A stretch of 64,000 nucleotides of DNA. Origin: Candidatus Latescibacterota bacterium. Lineage in GTDB: Bacteria; Latescibacterota; UBA2968. The stretch is from assembly GCA_965205975.1 (NCBI GenBank), contig OZ242195.1, positions 3,904,001 to 3,968,000 on the forward strand. The letters are read 5' to 3'. Shown here one piece after another: positions 10,327 to 18,621 of the stretch. The position numbers and the translations under genes were made by a program. The notes beneath the pieces were generated by a model, which did no database searches, was not told the DNA's origin, and was given only the letters and a program-made list of their open reading frames with translations. Numbering within the stretch: position 1 is the stretch's first letter; every line of letters begins with the position of its first letter.

Positions 10327-10397
10327 TGTAAAAACTCCAGTGAAAGGAATATACGGTTTAAGGAATATAAGGAATATGGGGGAAGAACAAAAGTAAA

Positions 10398-12038
10398 TTA
10401 CCTGCTTTCAGCCGCGAAGCGGATACCATTATTGGGTGGGGGTTCTGGCGCATTGGGATTGACTTGCTTCATAATCTGATCCAAATTCCCGACAACTATC
10501 GGATTGTACGCCTCCCATTGACGGATCGGCGCATCATTCTCGTCTCGGCGCCAGATCTGGACATCGCCGAATTGCTTCTCCACTGTATAGCCGGGAATAG
10601 TGAGATTGGTATTCTCCGACACAATATGGCTGACCGAAGCCGCAGTTATCTCCAGACCCTTGTTTATCGCACGCCCTGAATACGCATCGTAAAACGGTAT
10701 CTCCCGGTGCAAATAGTAGTAGCCAGGAAGGTTGTAATAAGGTCGGTCGGCCTGCCACACCCCCAGAACACCGGGCACGCGGGCGAGATAGCGATACGCG
10801 GCAAAAATCGGATCCTGATCGCGGATGAACCCCACCTTCCCCGTCTCTTTGGAAAAAGCGCGATAAATCTGAACCTGTGAAGGCAGCGCATTCAGAACCC
10901 CGCCTATTGAAATTGCCGCGAACAAACCCCCCACCAATCCCCAAACGCGCACATGCCCACCAAATCGCGCCACCACATCTGCACCGAGCAAAAGCCACAG
11001 CGGAACAACCGCAAAAACGAACCGGTACTCCTTGTGCGCCTGAACAGAATGAATGAGCAACACCAGAGCGACCATCGCCAGAACAAACCCATAACGCCGC
11101 ACATCGCGCAATGCGACAACCACACACAGCGCACCCAACCCCACACTCGCCAGCAAAAGCCACCACAAAAACTGGTATCCCGGGGACTCGCCAGCGCGCC
11201 CCTGATCAAAGATGAGATTAAAACGGATATTCGCAACATAGGAATGAAATAAACCGCCATCCCACGTCATCGCATCGAACACCCCCACCGCCAGCAAAAA
11301 CGCACCCGCAGCAACCAATAGCTGAACCTTCTTCTCCGTCCTCAAAAAGAACACACCCAAAAGCAACAATGCAATCGGCGCGTACTGCACTCGTATCGCC
11401 GCCGCCAGCACCGCCACAAGTGCCATCAACCAGACCGTCCCCATCCTGTGTACCGACGACCGCGCACACATCACCAGCAACGCCATCAACAGGGCCGTAG
11501 CCACAAACTCCGTCATCGGCTTGTGGGCAAACCCCACCAACTCATACCAGAAAGCACCAGCCAATAATGCAACCCGCGCCGAAGTCTCCCCAAAATGCCG
11601 CCGCGCAAAAAAATACATCCCCACTGGAATCAACAGAGAAATTGCACAAAACATCAGCTTGACACCGCCCACATACCAGAACGGCTCATCGAGTCCCACC
11701 AGATCAAACACCTTCAACACCCCCGCAACCATGCCCGGCACCAGCCATGCACGCGCCCCGTAAAAAAACTCCCAATACGTAACCCCATTCCCAAAAACCA
11801 GACGATGCGCCGGCTCCAAATACTGCATAATTTCATCCGGGTGCAAAACAAAATCGCCACACAGCGCAATCGCCGCACGCACCGCGAATGCCAAAACAAG
11901 CACTGGCAACAAAAACTTCCACGGACGCTCATCGGACACCTGCAAATGCAACACGCGATCCACCAAAGGGACCAACGACCTCTGCCGATCCCCGCGCGGA
12001 TCGCGGCGCGTCCTCCTTGTCTTCCTTCTGTTTGCCAT
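10398..12038 (-). CDS. GT-C membrane glycosyltransferase, GT22 (PIG-B/Alg9-like mannosyltransferase)
   Basis: HPDEIMQYLEPAHRLVFG after TM1; HKEYRF motif; many TM segments. Confidence 0.8.
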   Translation of the reverse strand: MANRRKTRRTRRDPRGDRQRSLVPLVDRVLHLQVSDERPWKFLLPVLVLAFAVRAAIALCGDFVLHPDEIMQYLEPAHRLVFGNGVTYWEFFYGARAWLVPGMVAGVLKVFDLVGLDEPFWYVGGVKLMFCAISLLIPVGMYFFARRHFGETSARVALLAGAFWYELVGFAHKPMTEFVATALLMALLVMCARSSVHRMGTVWLMALVAVLAAAIRVQYAPIALLLLGVFFLRTEKKVQLLVAAGAFLLAVGVFDAMTWDGGLFHSYVANIRFNLIFDQGRAGESPGYQFLWWLLLASVGLGALCVVVALRDVRRYGFVLAMVALVLLIHSVQAHKEYRFVFAVVPLWLLLGADVVARFGGHVRVWGLVGGLFAAISIGGVLNALPSQVQIYRAFSKETGKVGFIRDQDPIFAAYRYLARVPGVLGVWQADRPYYNLPGYYYLHREIPFYDAYSGRAINKGLEITAASVSHIVSENTNLTIPGYTVEKQFGDVQIWRRDENDAPIRQWEAYNPIVVGNLDQIMKQVNPNAPEPPPNNGIRFAAESR

Positions 12039-12205
12039 TTCGTCTCCGTGAGCGGAAAACTTACACCAATCTATTAACCAAAATAAAAAACAAACGCCTC
12101 ACGGGTCGGCAAAAAGACCTGGGAGGCACTTAAAAAAAGATAGAACCTTCTGGATCACGCGGGACGGCACAGGGGCCGTCCCCTACAACACCAGACTGCG
12201 ATGAC
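12007..12205. repeat. Duplicated module, copy A: first codons + RBS/upstream region + hairpin + CGTC/GTAG composite repeat
   Basis: Near-identical to 14468-14696; partial copy at 15700-15800. Confidence 0.9.
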
Positions 12206-12244
12206 GGTGATGGATTATTGGCGTCAGGCTTCAGGGCAATCGCG

Positions 12245-12823
12245 TCACGCATCCAACACGTGCTCAAATGCCTCAAGACTGGACACCTGAACCGCCGAGC
12301 GAAGCAACTGCTTCAGGCGCTGCAAATCATCAATCGCGGCAATGCGCGTGGATAGCGGGTGCGCTTCACGCAGATCAAATCGAATCTCCAACACGTCGAG
12401 GATATCTTCGAGCTTACTTCTTCTTTCACCTTCCTCAATACCCTGTTGCTTGATGTATTGTGTAAACGACGATTCGCGCATGATGGCGTCCATAAGACCC
12501 TCCTGTAAGAGAATGCGATTGATCAGTGCCTCATCATACTCTAACCCACTCAATATCATCAACCGCTCCAAAATGTCAACCTTTATTGATTCATCCACCC
12601 GCAAAGCATTTGCAGCGTCAACACAGTGATGCAGCCACGCCTCTGAATCTATGCCAACAGGACGCTTCATCAACGATGCAAATGGAAACAAGCCCGAAGG
12701 TCCACCATCAAGAATATCCTGTCCTTCTATCTCACTCAACCGAATCACTGTGTATTCTAACAAAACGCGACGGCCGAGAAAATCCTGGATATAATATCCC
12801 GGATCGCGCCGACCTGCATTGCG
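12245..12823 (-). pseudogene. 5'-deleted Rpn-family gene; the C-terminal ORF 12245-12493 keeps its own RBS
   Basis: Highly similar to 16530-17191; the N-terminal nuclease-coding part is missing; AGGAGG-gtctt-ATG retained. Confidence 0.85.
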
Positions 12824-12826
12824 CCC

Positions 12827-12940
12827 CTAACTTGAATGCAGGAATCACTTTGAGAGATACATATAAATGGAACGCGCTGGGCGTTAAGCGTGTAAGTTTT
12901 GATCTATGGAGGATGGGATATCGTGAAAAATATGTACCTT
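12827..12940. repeat. Diverged copy of the sequence upstream of the full Rpn gene (about 17626-17738)
   Basis: Shared tgaatgcagga...atggaacgcgctg...gtgtaagttttgatc...atgggatatcgtgaaaaatatgtacctt. Confidence 0.85.
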
Positions 12941-12942
12941 TA

Positions 12943-14499
12943 TCACTCCCGTGGAGAAAGATAGAGAATCGGCATTTTCTTGTTGATATATGCTTGCATC
13001 AACCTTTTTTTAAGCGCCCTCTCCCGCTCAAAATTGGCGATATGGTAGGCAATCTGTGGCCTCGTCCACTGCCAAAGACTATCCTTGTCGGGATTGTTAT
13101 CGCGCGTCTCGTTCCACCACTGCTCGGTCCATCCCGTCACACTATAACTATAAGCCCCGATGAATTGCACCGTAACGGACCAAATCAACAAAGCACCAAA
13201 CAGCACCCGCATGCGACGGTTGGCAACAACCCGCTCAATAATCGGAACCATCAACAGCGCAAAAAATGGAACCGTATCCACAATAGACCGATAACCATAA
13301 GCCGAGCCGCCCCACCAATCGTACCACATAGACGCCACCAGAATCAGCAACACAGTCGCCACTTGCAGGGGAAGCAAAGGTCGGTAGCGAGAATCTCGCC
13401 ACGCCAACACCGCGCCGACAACGCCGAACAACAGCACAGGAGAAAAGAAAACCAACCCTCGCGACGGACTGATAAAAAGCCCCGGCAGGCTCTCCCACAC
13501 GGGACTCTGCCAGAGATCGTCAGACCCCGTAGTCGCAAGCGCGATATTCTTCGACGTAATGGTCTGCCCAAACTCGAGAATATTACCAAAGTAGTAGCCA
13601 TTGTACGCTGCCAGGATAACGGCGAAAGGCACCCCCCCAAGCACAAAAGCAACGAACCCGCGGCGATTCACCCACAACAAATACGCCCCCACGCAAACAA
13701 CCACCACAGCACTCGTCGGACGGCACAAAACCGCCATGCCAAGAGCCGCACCACAATAAGCCGCATAGCACTCTCGCACTGAGATACCAAACAAAAAATA
13801 AGCACCAAGACTTAAAAAAAACGTATTCGCCGGATGCTGCCAAAGTGCCTGACTGCTAATGGGCCACGCGCAACTGCCCAGCCCAAACGCCAGAGCCACC
13901 AGAAACGCAGGTATGGGCGCGACAAAGCGACGCGCCGACAAAAAAATGAACAACGTCGCAAATGCGACCAGCAAAGAAGCGGTCAAGGCACCGCCGTGCC
14001 ACCACCAGTACCGATCGGATTCAACATCGACAAAAAAATCGAGAACCGCATAAATCGGCAGCCCGACAACCGCCGATCCAATCCCAAAAGCGTTGACATA
14101 CACATCGGGCCGCGTGGTCTGGGCAAGATAGTAGCCTCCTCTGGCTTTTAATTGGCCCTTCTCGTACAGATCATTGACCTCCTGATCCCAGGCGTTGACA
14201 GTGACACGAAGCGGATTCTCACCGGGCCGTTCCAGTGTCCATAAAAAAGCCCCCGGCGCATCTGGCGGACTGAGCGAAAAGGTGTTGCGCTTTAGCAGAT
14301 TCACGCTAAGCAGCATATTGCCTTCCTGATCACCACCAGGGAGAAAATCGCCATTGCTCACGTACGCCCCAAAGCAACCGACGAACAGGAGAACCGGCAG
14401 AAAGTATTTCGACAAAGCCACTCTCCCCCCAGCCTGCGCAGTCGGCGTTGCGCCTGGTCTTTCGAGACGCGTCCTTCTCGTTTTCCTTCTTCTTGCCAT
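12943..14499 (-). CDS. GT-C-fold membrane protein (putative glycosyltransferase, PMT/GT39-like)
   Basis: Start reassigned to MARRRKTRRTR by analogy with 10398-12038; Asp motif (GGDQ) after TM1; multiple TMs; SPSRGL and WWGG...YGYR motifs. Confidence 0.7.
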   Translation of the reverse strand: MARRRKTRRTRLERPGATPTAQAGGRVALSKYFLPVLLFVGCFGAYVSNGDFLPGGDQEGNMLLSVNLLKRNTFSLSPPDAPGAFLWTLERPGENPLRVTVNAWDQEVNDLYEKGQLKARGGYYLAQTTRPDVYVNAFGIGSAVVGLPIYAVLDFFVDVESDRYWWWHGGALTASLLVAFATLFIFLSARRFVAPIPAFLVALAFGLGSCAWPISSQALWQHPANTFFLSLGAYFLFGISVRECYAAYCGAALGMAVLCRPTSAVVVVCVGAYLLWVNRRGFVAFVLGGVPFAVILAAYNGYYFGNILEFGQTITSKNIALATTGSDDLWQSPVWESLPGLFISPSRGLVFFSPVLLFGVVGAVLAWRDSRYRPLLPLQVATVLLILVASMWYDWWGGSAYGYRSIVDTVPFFALLMVPIIERVVANRRMRVLFGALLIWSVTVQFIGAYSYSVTGWTEQWWNETRDNNPDKDSLWQWTRPQIAYHIANFERERALKKRLMQAYINKKMPILYLSPRE

Positions 14500-14696
14500 T
14501 TCATCTCCGTGAGCGGAAAACTTACACCAATCTATAACCAATATAAAAAACAAACGCCTCACGGGTCGGCAAAAAGACCTAAGAGGCACTTGAAGAAAGA
14601 GAGAACCTTCTGGATCGCGCGGGACGGCACGGGGCCTGCCCCGTAATGTCTCTATACGGGGACCGTCCCCTACTATGCCGTGATGTCACAGATGAC
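14468..14696. repeat. Duplicated module, copy B, with a triple-nested palindrome
   Basis: Matches 12007-12205, plus a 27 bp insert at 14635-14661. Confidence 0.9.
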
Positions 14697-14790
14697 AAGC
14701 TGGGTATTGGTTCTTGATTTTCAGTCCCAGGTTTTATATTTTTTTCGCAACAATCTATATCTTCCAAACCATTATTAAAGGATTTTAGAC

Positions 14791-15042
14791 ATGAATAAAA
14801 CGATAAAAACAAAAGTAACAGCCCAAGGGGTTTTGATCCCTCGGCAGTTGTTAGAAGGAATCGAAGAAGTGGAAATAAAAAAAGAAAATGATGTAATTAC
14901 AATTATGCCGACGGGACAGATAAATTCCAACGGTAGCCGTTCACAGCTTGATCCCATTTGGAATCTGGGAGAAAATCCAGTGGAATGTGATATTTCAGAT
15001 GCTTCCGAACAGCATGACAAATATTTGTATGGAACATCTTGA
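14791..15042 (+). CDS. AbrB/MazE-like antitoxin
   Basis: KTKVTAQGVLIPRQLL...ITIMP; C-terminal DASEQHDKYLYG is typical of PIN-associated antitoxins; stop overlaps the toxin start. Confidence 0.75.
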   Translation: MNKTIKTKVTAQGVLIPRQLLEGIEEVEIKKENDVITIMPTGQINSNGSRSQLDPIWNLGENPVECDISDASEQHDKYLYGTS

Positions 15043-15455
15043 TGAACTCAAATATATTCTTTCTTGATACAGGTTATCTCATTGCCCTTGAAGCTTCAAA
15101 CGACAAAAATCATACACGCGCAAAAAATCATTGGCAAAATCTTATTCGCTCGCGCCCGTCTTTAGTGACCACTTCCTTTGTATTTGATGAAGCGGTCACT
15201 TTTTTTAACAGTCGAAATCGACATGATAAAGCAGTTGAAGTTGGCTCGCGTCTCTTGAACAGTCCTTCCATTCGGTTAATCCAGGTGGATGATTCTCTTT
15301 TTCGCAAAGGTTGGGAATATTTCGAGCAACATTCAGATAAGCTCTACTCTTTGACAGATTGCATTTCATTTGTTGTCATGCAACAACAAAAAATTCAGAC
15401 CGCCCTAACTTTTGATAGACACTTTACGCAAGCCAATTTTTTGACCATTCCCTAA
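15042..15455 (+). CDS. vapC: PIN-domain (VapC-like) toxin
   Basis: FLDTG, FDEAVT, YSLTDCISF, LTFDRHF motifs. Confidence 0.9.
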   Translation: MNSNIFFLDTGYLIALEASNDKNHTRAKNHWQNLIRSRPSLVTTSFVFDEAVTFFNSRNRHDKAVEVGSRLLNSPSIRLIQVDDSLFRKGWEYFEQHSDKLYSLTDCISFVVMQQQKIQTALTFDRHFTQANFLTIP

Positions 15456-15541
15456 ATCTCCAGTGCTGTAACGTCAAGTCATCTTATGTCTTAATGTTTT
15501 AACTGCTCTCATCTCTTTTAAGCACTTCTCGACACAGATCA

Positions 15542-15688
15542 TTAGAACACATCTGCAAGTGGCAATTGCCAGCCGGGCACGACATCGCCGCCATCAATAA
15601 GACCCTCCTGTAAGAGAATGCGATTGATCAGTGTCTGATCATAGGCTAACCCACTCAATATCATCAGCCGACCCAAAATGTCAACCTT
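15542..15688 (-). pseudogene. Rpn internal fragment fused in frame to a Uma2 (DUF820)-like C-terminus
   Basis: Hand translation: KVDILGRLMILSGLAYDQTLINRILLQEGL-IDGGDVVPGWQLPLADVF*. Confidence 0.7.
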
Positions 15689-15699
15689 TCTTTAGCCGA

Positions 15700-15800
15700 G
15701 ATAAAAAAATAAACGCCTCACGGGTCGGCAAAAAGACCTAAGAGGCACTTGAAGAAAGATAGAACCTTCTGGATCGCGGCTTTAATCATGCCGCGATGAC
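15700..15800. repeat. Module copy C: hairpin + CGTC-type palindrome
   Basis: aaacgcctcacgggtcggcaaaaagacctaagaggcacttgaagaaaga matches copy B. Confidence 0.9.
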
Positions 15801-15831
15801 AACAACAGCACAACGTCAATATCGCGCATTA

Positions 15832-16110
15832 TTATTTCAGCCCAACCTCTCGACGCAAGTCGTCAACGGATTGGGCGGGTTCTGTACCGGCTTTTGCTCG
15901 ATTTAGCGCTGTTGCCAATCGTTCCGCATTTTTGGGTGAGCTGAGAAGATGAGCGGTTTCTATGAGACTGGCAAGCTCAGACGCAGAAATCAAAGCAACA
16001 TCTTCATGCCCCGGACGGGTGATAATGACGTAATCACTGTCATCCGTCACATCTTTGCAGAGACTGGCGAGCCTATCGCGTGCCTGAGTATAGGAAAATG
16101 TTCTGGTCAT
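15832..16110 (-). CDS. yefM: Phd/YefM antitoxin with no adjacent toxin
   Basis: SYTQARDRLASL...VIITR...ETAHLLSSPKNAERL. Confidence 0.9.
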   Translation of the reverse strand: MTRTFSYTQARDRLASLCKDVTDDSDYVIITRPGHEDVALISASELASLIETAHLLSSPKNAERLATALNRAKAGTEPAQSVDDLRREVGLK

Positions 16111-16144
16111 ATTATTTGAAATATAAGGAATAACAAAGCCCGCC

Positions 16145-16429
16145 CTATTTGGGGAGATTCATCAAAATGGTAATTGACGTGCCGAAAATGGCGATCAGAA
16201 CCGTCAAAAGAAGTCCAACCGTCCATTTTAAATGGCTGGTCATGCGGGTTTCTATACTGTTCAAACGGTTGTCCACACGGGTTGACAATTCGCGTTGGCT
16301 TTGCTCAATGCTGGTCATGCGAGCGTCCATGCTGGTCAAACGCTGCACGATCTGATCAACAATCCCTTCTATTCGACTCATGCGCGTATCGATATCGGCC
16401 ATTCTGCTTTCTGCTGACGGAAGCTGCAT
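16145..16429 (-). CDS. Small coiled-coil protein with C-terminal TM anchor, paralogue of 10063-10326
   Basis: MQLPSAE...SRIEGI..QI..RLTS matches the paralogue; start set at MQLP. Confidence 0.75.
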   Translation of the reverse strand: MQLPSAESRMADIDTRMSRIEGIVDQIVQRLTSMDARMTSIEQSQRELSTRVDNRLNSIETRMTSHLKWTVGLLLTVLIAIFGTSITILMNLPK

Positions 16430-16529
16430 TGTGTGTCCTATCATTTTCGAATGATACGTTTAAGCGCGCGGAACCTGGCCCCGTAGCTATAATATATTGA
16501 AGACGATGATAAATATGAAGGAAATCGCG

Positions 16530-16862
16530 TCACCCATCCAACGCTTGCTCAAATGCCTCAAGATTGGACACCTGGATCGCCGCACGGTGCAACTGCTTGA
16601 GACGTTGCAAATCATCAATCGCGGCAATGCGTTTGGATAGCGGGTGTGCTTCACGCAGGTCAAATCGAATCTCCAACACGTCGAGAATATCTTCAATCGC
16701 GCGTTGCCTGCCCCCTTGCTCAATACCTTGCTCAATACCTTGCTCAATACCCTGCTCAATACCTTGCTCAATACCTTGCTCAATACCCTGCTCAATACCT
16801 TGCTCAATACCTAATTGCTTGATGTATTGTGCAGACAATGATTCGCGCATAATGGCATCCAT
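16530..16862 (-). CDS. Putative internally translated small protein (RpnS-like), in frame with Rpn
   Basis: AGGAGG (16873-16868) lies 5 nt before an in-frame ATG at 16862. Confidence 0.6.
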   Translation of the reverse strand: MDAIMRESLSAQYIKQLGIEQGIEQGIEQGIEQGIEQGIEQGIEQGIEQGGRQRAIEDILDVLEIRFDLREAHPLSKRIAAIDDLQRLKQLHRAAIQVSNLEAFEQALDG

Positions 16863-17495
16863 AAGACCCTCCTGTAATAGAATACGATTGATCAGTGTCG
16901 GATCATACGCTAACCCACTCAATATCATCAACCTGCCTAAAAAGTCAACCTTTATTGATTCATCCACCGGCAGCGCATTCGTCGCGTCAACACAGTGACG
17001 CAGCCACGCCTCTGAATCTATGCCAGACGGACGCTTCATCAACGGCACGAACGGAAACAAGCCCGAAGGTCCACCATCAAGAATATCCTGTCCCTCTATT
17101 TCACTCAGCCGAATCACGCTATATTTGATCACAGCAAGATGGCCGGACATTTTATGAATAAAGTGCCCCGGATCGCGCCGACCTGCATTGCGTCGCAAGT
17201 AGATCACACTGGAATAAATCGGCAGGTTGTGCTGCTCTATCGCACGTATCATATAGCCCGCCATGCGCAGCGGCATAGACGGATCGTCAGTGGTTTGAAA
17301 CTCCGTATGGATCAACGCCTCCTCACCTGCGATAAGGACGCGGATAAGGCTGTCCATGTGTCGTGTTTCAACGGTGTTTTGCTCTGTGTCGAGGATGTCG
17401 AGGACTTCTACATCGTCCTGTCCGAATGTGAGGCGGATGAAGTCTTTGGGGTAGGTTTGGATGAGGTCTTTAGAGATGGTGTCATATTCGGCCAT
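16530..17495 (-). CDS. Rpn/YhgA-like PD-(D/E)xK nuclease-family protein
   Basis: YDTISK, RHMDSL, HTEFQT, MPLRMAGY motifs; (GIEQ)x8 tail. Confidence 0.88.
   Translation of the reverse strand: MAEYDTISKDLIQTYPKDFIRLTFGQDDVEVLDILDTEQNTVETRHMDSLIRVLIAGEEALIHTEFQTTDDPSMPLRMAGYMIRAIEQHNLPIYSSVIYLRRNAGRRDPGHFIHKMSGHLAVIKYSVIRLSEIEGQDILDGGPSGLFPFVPLMKRPSGIDSEAWLRHCVDATNALPVDESIKVDFLGRLMILSGLAYDPTLINRILLQEGLMDAIMRESLSAQYIKQLGIEQGIEQGIEQGIEQGIEQGIEQGIEQGIEQGGRQRAIEDILDVLEIRFDLREAHPLSKRIAAIDDLQRLKQLHRAAIQVSNLEAFEQALDG
16716..16812. repeat. 12 bp tandem repeat, 8 copies, encoding GIEQ
   Basis: Repeated ttgctcaatacc / ctgctcaatacc. Confidence 0.95.
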
Positions 17496-17753
17496 GTGGC
17501 ATGCCTCGCGTCTGATGGGTGAATTTGATCAGACACAAAGCAAATATCAGGCCAACATCACTGAATTGAGCGATACATTGTATGGACAGAAGCTCAAATA
17601 GCCGCATCAGGCGTTTAATATGCTGTAACCTGAATGCAGGAAGCACCTTTGGAGATACATACACATGGAACGCGCTGAAAGGTAAGAGTGTAAGTTTTGA
17701 TCCATGAAGAATGGGATATCGTGAAAAATATGTACCTTATTATTATAACGCAA

Positions 17754-18374
17754 TCATTTCTCGATACTGTGTTCAAGCCGGCCGATCTCGTCGCGCAGCC
17801 TGGCGGCTTCTTCGTACTCTTCCAGCGCAACCGCCTCTTGCAAACGCGCCTTGAGCGCATCTACCTGCTGCGTCACCTGATCGGGTGCCTCTTCAGTGGA
17901 TTCATCCTCTCCTGCAGCCCTTATAAAAGCAGCAATATTCTCAACGCCTTCAATGGGTGCCTCGGCCTCTTGCATCTCGACCGACAGCCCCGCCTCCTCA
18001 ATCACCTGATCTGCCACAAAAATCGGGGCATCAACGCGCAACGCCAATGCCAGCGCATCGCTCGGACGCGAATCAATACAAATCGATTCCCCATCGCGGA
18101 CAAGCGTAATCTCCGCAAAAAACGTCTCGTCTTTCAACGCACTGACCAGCACCTGCTCGACGTGTACATCGAACCCCTCTAAAATATCACACAACAAATC
18201 ATAGGCAATCGGGCGCGGCGGCGGCTCATCGTGAAGCGCTATAGAAATCGCAACCGCCTCAAAATTGCCAATCGCAATGGGCAAAAAGACCTTCTGGTCC
18301 TTATCCTTTAGCCAGACCAGCGGATGACTGCTATTGGGTTCAAGCTGCACGGCAATCACTTCCATTTCTGTCAT
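17754..18374 (-). CDS. Bifunctional nuclease family (DUF151) protein with C-terminal UVR domain
   Basis: LPIAIGNFEA, RPIAYDL, IDSRPSDALALA, EEYEEAARLRDEI. Confidence 0.9.
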   Translation of the reverse strand: MTEMEVIAVQLEPNSSHPLVWLKDKDQKVFLPIAIGNFEAVAISIALHDEPPPRPIAYDLLCDILEGFDVHVEQVLVSALKDETFFAEITLVRDGESICIDSRPSDALALALRVDAPIFVADQVIEEAGLSVEMQEAEAPIEGVENIAAFIRAAGEDESTEEAPDQVTQQVDALKARLQEAVALEEYEEAARLRDEIGRLEHSIEK

Positions 18375-18387
18375 GCGAGAAATCCTT

Positions 18388-18621
18388 TTAGATGAGGGAA
18401 TTAGATACAATATCGAATATAAAAGTCTCGAACCTCAAATCTCGTATATTTAGATTTTTGCAACCCTGCAATAACACGAGCCAACACATATTGACGGCAA
18501 TTGCAAAATACTCTGTCTCGTTACTCCGAACAACAGGAACAAGGTCAGTCACAAAAATAAGCAGATGTTTACGGATTCCAATTTCATCTTGAGCAAGAAT
18601 ACAGGTGCCCGCTAATCCCAT
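18388..18621 (-). CDS. Short hypothetical ORF overlapping the Panacea stop; possible truncated partner toxin
   Basis: ATG overlaps the upstream gene end; KHLLIFVTD...AVN resembles the start of small beta-barrel toxins. Confidence 0.35.
   Translation of the reverse strand: MGLAGTCILAQDEIGIRKHLLIFVTDLVPVVRSNETEYFAIAVNMCWLVLLQGCKNLNIRDLRFETFIFDIVSNSLI

Noticed and set aside
12526..13782. 418 aa + strand ORF and similar long antisense ORFs across the window
   Set aside because: Shadow frames of real genes, produced by codon bias; no recognisable motifs
16530..17495. Rpn as an IS transposase
   Set aside because: No terminal inverted repeats or target duplications; the family is not shown to transpose
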